Virus record (IMG/VR): IMGVR_UViG_3300026196_000022
Location: 1-27,506 of that record
Origin: a virus
Taxonomy: Duplodnaviria; Caudoviricetes
Reading direction: 5' to 3' (one strand)
Length of the DNA stretch: 27,506 nt
Part shown: positions 23,309-27,506 of the stretch, one piece after another
Layout of the letters: the number at the start of each line of letters is the position of its first letter
Position numbering within the stretch: the stretch's first letter is position 1
Position numbers and translations under genes: made by a program
Notes under the pieces: generated by a model
Seen by the model: only the letters and a program-made list of their open reading frames with translations
What the model was told of the DNA's origin: nothing
Database searches by the model: none

Positions 23309-23988
23309 GCAACTTTTTCAGTTATTTTGAACTTTTTTCTGTCGAGCGCATAATCAAGCATCGCCATCTGCTGGATATAGGGCAGATCAGGCGCGTTTGT
23401 CAATTTGTAAAACCTCGAAAGTTCTCTGACTGTGAGGACAAGACTACCCTTGCCAGCACCGCGCTGCTCGACGTTGGTTCCCTTGGGAAGCAGGCTTTGC
23501 CCGACGGATGTGTGTGTAGCCTTCAGATCGCCGATCTGGCGCTCGATGACGGACAGCCATCCGATCTGCCCCAGCTCGTGACCAAGATGCTCGAAGGCTT
23601 CCCGCATGCGTTTCGCGTGGAACAGACGCTTTTCCATGTCTGCAATACCGGCCCCGCCGCCGTCAACGCGCATTTCCCATTTGCCGGACATTCGGTTATA
23701 AAGGGCCATGTCGTGATCCCAACGAAGCATGGTTGCGCCGAAGACTTCAGCGAAGCCGACGGCTTCCTGCTCCAGGAGCTTGCGGACCGGCGTCGAAACC
23801 ATCTGGCGGACCTTCAATGGCCAGCCGTCCGATGTCTTCTCGATGATCTCCGTGGCGACTTCCGCATGCTGGCGGCGTTCTTTCGTCACCGGACCGGCGT
23901 GGATGAATGTCTCAAGCTGGGCTTCGGTAAGTGGGCGCGCCGCGATCGCCGTTGTTGCGCGCTTGCGTGTGGTTTTGCGTTTACTCAT
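23305..23988 (-). CDS. DUF6456-like putative late transcription activator/antiterminator (Q-position)
   Basis: Helical pattern AKRMREAFEHLG...LSVIERQ...GKGSLVLTVRELSRFYKL. It is the last gene before a long gap and the packaging genes. Confidence 0.55.
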   Translation of the reverse strand: MSKRKTTRKRATTAIAARPLTEAQLETFIHAGPVTKERRQHAEVATEIIEKTSDGWPLKVRQMVSTPVRKLLEQEAVGFAEVFGATMLRWDHDMALYNRMSGKWEMRVDGGGAGIADMEKRLFHAKRMREAFEHLGHELGQIGWLSVIERQIGDLKATHTSVGQSLLPKGTNVEQRGAGKGSLVLTVRELSRFYKLTNAPDLPYIQQMAMLDYALDRKKFKITEKVA

Positions 23989-24033
23989 GTAGGCTTCCCT
24001 GCAGATTCGTGAAGTACCTTGTATTGCGGTCGG

Positions 24034-24261
24034 TCATCCGGACATTCCTCTGGTAATCCAGCCGAATAAAAAACAAAATCCTCCCATAATCACGCCAGCA
24101 CCTCTATCGGCAATGATGCTCTTGGCTGGCGCAATAAACTCCGGATTTATCAGAAATATCGCCAGATAGGCAAAGGCCTCCACGGTCATGACCAGTACAG
24201 CAAAACCCAGACCGGCCGCGATCATATACCGCTTGCGCAGCGGTTCTTCGTGGTTGCTCAT
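24034..24261 (-). CDS. Small two-TM membrane protein
   Basis: Two hydrophobic segments (YMIAAGLGFAVLVMTVEAFAYLAIFLI and GAGVIMGGFCFLFGWI). ATGA overlap. Confidence 0.65.
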   Translation of the reverse strand: MSNHEEPLRKRYMIAAGLGFAVLVMTVEAFAYLAIFLINPEFIAPAKSIIADRGAGVIMGGFCFLFGWITRGMSG

Positions 24262-24515
24262 TCAGTTTCTGTCCCCTCGATTTCCCCGAGCCACGCATCG
24301 CACAATCTCACCATCGTATGTGGTGACAGCGCGCCTTTCGTGTTTCCCCAGTCGGCAATCGTCCTGGCGCTCATCTCGATGCCCGGCGGAAGCTCAACGA
24401 TGTAGGCTTGCGCCTTGGAGCGGATGTGTTCTACGTATTCGCGTTCGGTCATATTCATCTCCCTCGCGTGCCTTCCGGCTTGCTTCAGTCCGGTTATTAT
24501 CTTTGAGCGGGGCAT
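24258..24515 (-). CDS. Hypothetical protein (85 aa)
   Basis: TGATG overlap gives the start MPRSKIITGLKQA. Confidence 0.6.
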   Translation of the reverse strand: MPRSKIITGLKQAGRHAREMNMTEREYVEHIRSKAQAYIVELPPGIEMSARTIADWGNTKGALSPHTMVRLCDAWLGEIEGTETE

Positions 24516-24832
24516 CAGGCTGCCTCTTCGAAACCATCGCGCTTTCCAGCCATCGGATGCGGAACCCATTTAGAGAACCGCAAGCCTTGGCGGTCTGTCT
24601 CGGATACCGTATGGGTTGCGCCCCATTCTATCGGCATGCGATAATCATAATCTGGCTTTCCTTCGCGCCAGAACAGCGCATGGCCGGTGATGCCCCGTGC
24701 CTTCAACTCGCGGCAGGCGGCGAATTCAGGCGAGACGCCGGACGCGATCACCTCGCCATCGAAAACGATCTCGATTATCGCGCCTTTGGTGCCCATTCTG
24801 CCGGTGGGTCGGATTTTGAGGGTATGCTCCAT
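24515..24832 (-). CDS. Hypothetical protein (105 aa)
   Basis: Tiles with its neighbours. Contains PEFAACRELKARGITG. Confidence 0.7.
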   Translation of the reverse strand: MEHTLKIRPTGRMGTKGAIIEIVFDGEVIASGVSPEFAACRELKARGITGHALFWREGKPDYDYRMPIEWGATHTVSETDRQGLRFSKWVPHPMAGKRDGFEEAA

Positions 24833-24893
24833 GTCAAATCTATCCTATTTTGTGTGTGGCGTTGGTGCAGGACGGGCGAAGACGACCGCCCCG

Positions 24894-25109
24894 CTAGGGT
24901 GATATCCCCGAAACGCTGTTTGACGAACCCTCACAAGCCTCAGCCTTGATCATCGCCCGGTACGTCTGCAGGAAGCCCCGGCATTCCGGTGCCCAGCTTT
25001 TCCATATCGGTTCCGGATTGAAGCCGCCGCGCATTTCGTCGGGGTCATGACCTGCCTGTTTGCACAGATCGCGGGCCATCGCTTCTACAAGGGCGTCTTC
25101 GTCAGGCAT
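24894..25109 (-). CDS. Hypothetical protein (71 aa)
   Basis: Overlaps the upstream gene end. Contains LVEAMARDLCKQAGHDPD, typical of small phage proteins. Confidence 0.6.
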   Translation of the reverse strand: MPDEDALVEAMARDLCKQAGHDPDEMRGGFNPEPIWKSWAPECRGFLQTYRAMIKAEACEGSSNSVSGISP

Positions 25110-25518
25110 CCTGTTTCCCTTCGAGAATGGAGCGGGCGTTTTCCACCCAGCTTGGCAGAGGAATATTCACCGGAATCTTGTCGTGGGATTTGAGCGCGGC
25201 GCGAAGGGAGGCTTCAAGCTCTGCTATTCTATGCCGTGAGGCTTCCAGCTTACTGGAAAGGTCTTCGCAGATGTCCATGTAGTCGGTGATGGATGTTCGG
25301 CTCTCTTCCCATTTCAGGATAAGGTTTCCGTAGAGGGCGTCCAGCGAATGCCATTCCCGCACCGGGCGAACCTTGACATCGCCGCTGCAATTGATGCCTA
25401 TGCCACCAGACGCGGTGACGTGGATGCTATCGGCGTAGTAATCGCCTTCACGTTCCCGCCAGATTTCGCGATCCGTGTTCTTCGCTTCGAAGACGTTCTC
25501 TTCGGTCTTGCCGGTCAT
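25102..25518 (-). CDS. Hypothetical protein with C-terminal coiled coil
   Basis: ATGA overlap. Contains RIAELEASLR. Confidence 0.65.
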   Translation of the reverse strand: MTGKTEENVFEAKNTDREIWREREGDYYADSIHVTASGGIGINCSGDVKVRPVREWHSLDALYGNLILKWEESRTSITDYMDICEDLSSKLEASRHRIAELEASLRAALKSHDKIPVNIPLPSWVENARSILEGKQDA

Positions 25519-25898
25519 GATTGTTCCCTGATAGCGGCGGCGCGCATTTCCTTGATCGCCTCACTGTTTTCATCATGCCAGTTCAGGCGGCTGCGCATGA
25601 GACCACGGAGATTATCAATCGCTCTCGCCATGCGGAAGACGCCGCCTGCAAAGCCGCCTTCACCGTCTTCTCGCAGAAACTCTGCCGCCGTGGCGTCCTT
25701 GTCGAACGCATCGACAATTCTCAAATACGGATGAAACTCACGCTCCTTCGCGATTGCCCTTTCCTCAGCTTCCCGCAGAGATAAAGCGATGGCGGAGACG
25801 GCTTGATCGATCGAATCCTCTTGGTCAATATCTGAGCGGAATTGGTCACCCAGAAGCTTCATGACGATCTCTCTGGCTTTTTGTTCTGATGGGGTCAT
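25515..25898 (-). CDS. Hypothetical protein (127 aa)
   Basis: ATGA overlaps at both ends. Confidence 0.65.
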   Translation of the reverse strand: MTPSEQKAREIVMKLLGDQFRSDIDQEDSIDQAVSAIALSLREAEERAIAKEREFHPYLRIVDAFDKDATAAEFLREDGEGGFAGGVFRMARAIDNLRGLMRSRLNWHDENSEAIKEMRAAAIREQS

Positions 25899-26353
25899 GC
25901 TGCGATCTCCGCTTTCAGGCTTTCGATATCTATGACCTGAACAGGACCGCCGGATCCCGGATCCAACTTGATCGCCGTTTCGACGGCCTGTTTCGCATTC
26001 GCGCCAAATGCCATCGCCCCCATTGCAAAGCCCCGACCGGATCCAAATGCTTCGCCTGCAAACGCTTCATCCGGATACGGGATGTCGCTGTCGTAGGTGA
26101 AGCACCGGCCTTTCTCGAACACGATGAACGTGGTGTTGTGATTTTGAGCCTTGCAGACCGGTGTCTTTTCCGGATCCGCGCCGTCCTCGCGCCACTTGAT
26201 CCAAGCATCGAACAATGCGAAATATCCACAGATCGCATAAACCACGCCGTTCCTCTCGACGAGTTTCACTGCCGGAACGGGGCTGTCATAATCGTGGGAT
26301 CCCTGTAGGCTATCCGATGCCACGGAAATGCCGTCAAACGCTATCGTTGTAAT
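25895..26353 (-). CDS. Ntn-hydrolase, HslV/proteasome-beta-like peptidase; apparent ATT start
   Basis: GAGGAG, 8 nt, then ATT ACA ACG ATA GCG, giving (M)TTIAFDGISVASDS...AFGSGRGFAMGAM...AVETAIKLDPGSGG. Confidence 0.75.
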   Translation of the reverse strand: MTTIAFDGISVASDSLQGSHDYDSPVPAVKLVERNGVVYAICGYFALFDAWIKWREDGADPEKTPVCKAQNHNTTFIVFEKGRCFTYDSDIPYPDEAFAGEAFGSGRGFAMGAMAFGANAKQAVETAIKLDPGSGGPVQVIDIESLKAEIAA

Positions 26354-26465
26354 CGCCGTATCTCCTCTGCAATGCGCAACTATCTGGCGCTCTATGCGCA
26401 AGCGCCATGCTGATCAGTTCGCCGTGAAGGCCGTTGAATTCGCAGTCTAAAAACAATAGGCTCAT
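26334..26465 (-). pseudogene. Truncated DEDDh 3'-5' exoribonuclease (Rv2179c-like) N-terminus
   Basis: ATGA-coupled 43-codon ORF MSLLFLDCEFNGLHGELISMALA..., carrying the ExoI DxE motif only. Confidence 0.55.
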
Positions 26466-26677
26466 ATCGTCGCCTCCTTCACAATTCGTCGTAAATCAGC
26501 CTGCAAGTTCTTCAATGATCGTCGGTCGCTTGGCGATCCGGGAACAACATACTGAAACTCCCGTCCCCCGATCTCCCCGATTAACCGGGGATGCTTTCTC
26601 CCCTTTTGCTCTACCCGCGGGGACTGGATGCCGACATGCTCGGCTATGGAGCAGATGGTCCTGTTGAGACGGGTCAT
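26462..26677 (-). CDS. HicA-like small basic protein
   Basis: GRKHPRL...VPGSPSDRRSLKNLQADLRR resembles phage HicA-fold proteins. ATGA overlap. Confidence 0.5.
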   Translation of the reverse strand: MTRLNRTICSIAEHVGIQSPRVEQKGRKHPRLIGEIGGREFQYVVPGSPSDRRSLKNLQADLRRIVKEATI

Positions 26678-27042
26678 GCGACCTCCGAAGGCTTCTTCAG
26701 CCCGAATGTCACCGGCTTTTCATCCGCCATGAGAGTACGCACCCGGCGCGCTTCCCTGAACTCGGCGGCAACGTCGTAATCAGGGCGCACGCCGAACAGC
26801 AGGAACGCGGCTTTCACAGCGCCCTCAAAAGCATCGAGGTCTACCCAACGTTTCATGCAAACGTGTTGGATCATCGAGCTTTCGCCGTTCCGGGTCAGAT
26901 CCTGAACCCGCATCCAGTATGATCCCTCGGTGTCGTCCGGGTAGTCCGCATTGATCTGGACCACGAAGCGGCCGCGCGGCTCGTCCTGAACCATCCATTG
27001 ATGGTTGCGATAGAGAACCTGAACTTCGTTTTCTTCGCTCAT
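26674..27042 (-). CDS. Hypothetical protein (122 aa)
   Basis: Start reassigned to ATG 27042 after GAGG (MSEENEVQVLYRNHQW...HVCMKRWVDLDAF). Confidence 0.7.
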   Translation of the reverse strand: MSEENEVQVLYRNHQWMVQDEPRGRFVVQINADYPDDTEGSYWMRVQDLTRNGESSMIQHVCMKRWVDLDAFEGAVKAAFLLFGVRPDYDVAAEFREARRVRTLMADEKPVTFGLKKPSEVA

Positions 27043-27052
27043 GTCTGCCTCT

Positions 27053-27506
27053 CTACGCCGCCATGTCGCGGATGGCGTTGCTATAGATGTCCAAGAAAAA
27101 CTGCTTGTTGAAGACTGGCCCGTTTCGGTTCTTGGCAAATATAAGTTCAACAACATTAGCATAATAGTCAAGATCGTCTAAGCGTTTTTGCTCTTCATCC
27201 ACCTTTTCATACTTGGACCTTTCAAGATAATATGCAGGTCTGTATACAAACACGACAGCATCGGCGTCCTCTTCTATTTCGCCACTGGCGCGAAGATCAG
27301 AGAGCTGCGGGCGTTTGTCTTCGCGCTTCTCAAGTTCGCGGTTAAGCTGGCAGAGCAGGATCACGGCACAGTCGAGCCGCTTGGCGAGATCTTTCAGTCC
27401 CTTCGTGATCTCTCCCAGTTCGCGGACCGTCTGGCCTTTGTAGCGATCGGATGCGCGAGCGTAGCCAAGGTGATCGACGCAGATCACGTCGAGCGTCTGG
27501 CCGGTT
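27053..27506 (-). CDS. dnaB: Replicative DnaB-family helicase, C-terminal part (5' truncated by the window)
   Basis: ICVDHLG, LKDLAK, LCQLNRELEKREDKRPQLSDLRASGEIEEDADAVVFVYR and FAKNRNGP. Confidence 0.95.
   Translation of the reverse strand, partial: TGQTLDVICVDHLGYARASDRYKGQTVRELGEITKGLKDLAKRLDCAVILLCQLNRELEKREDKRPQLSDLRASGEIEEDADAVVFVYRPAYYLERSKYEKVDEEQKRLDDLDYYANVVELIFAKNRNGPVFNKQFFLDIYSNAIRDMAA

Noticed and set aside
23218-24012. 264-aa + strand ORF, and 17636-17941 +
   Set aside because: Both overlap better-supported minus-strand genes and have no recognisable features.
24034-24261. Holin call for the two-TM protein
   Set aside because: No endolysin or spanin is nearby, and it lies upstream of the late activator. 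Left as hypothetical.

Overview
This GC-rich window is the central part of a dsDNA podovirus-type phage or prophage. The host is probably alphaproteobacterial, which is an inference from the DUF6456-like activator and gene content. Nearly all genes are on the minus strand. Read right to left they are: the 3' end of a DnaB-type helicase; small accessory genes (HicA-like protein, truncated DEDDh exonuclease remnant, HslV-like Ntn peptidase with an apparent ATT start); a DUF6456-like late activator with a candidate promoter at its end; a divergent + strand island of small genes with a clear sigma70 promoter; TerS and TerL; two small paralogous proteins; portal; Bbp19-like protein; scaffold; major capsid; a putative decoration protein; T7 gp11/gp12/gp13-like tail proteins; tail fibre; and internal virion proteins. 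The standout is a ~5 kb, translationally coupled cassette of eight soluble enzymes wedged between the capsid genes and tail tubular protein A (6685-11672). It encodes a ParB/Srx-fold protein, two SAM methyltransferases, two paralogous DxD GT-A glycosyltransferases, a P-loop kinase, a KpsC/KpsS-like GT-B enzyme and a CstII/Maf-like transferase. The best reading is a phage-encoded pathway that builds a capsule-like glycan, probably on the virion. Other notable signals are repeated asymmetric-loop hairpins in the capsid leader, mutually exclusive RNA structures in the + strand island and an antisense moron in the tail region. All family calls come from motif recognition by eye; no database search was run.
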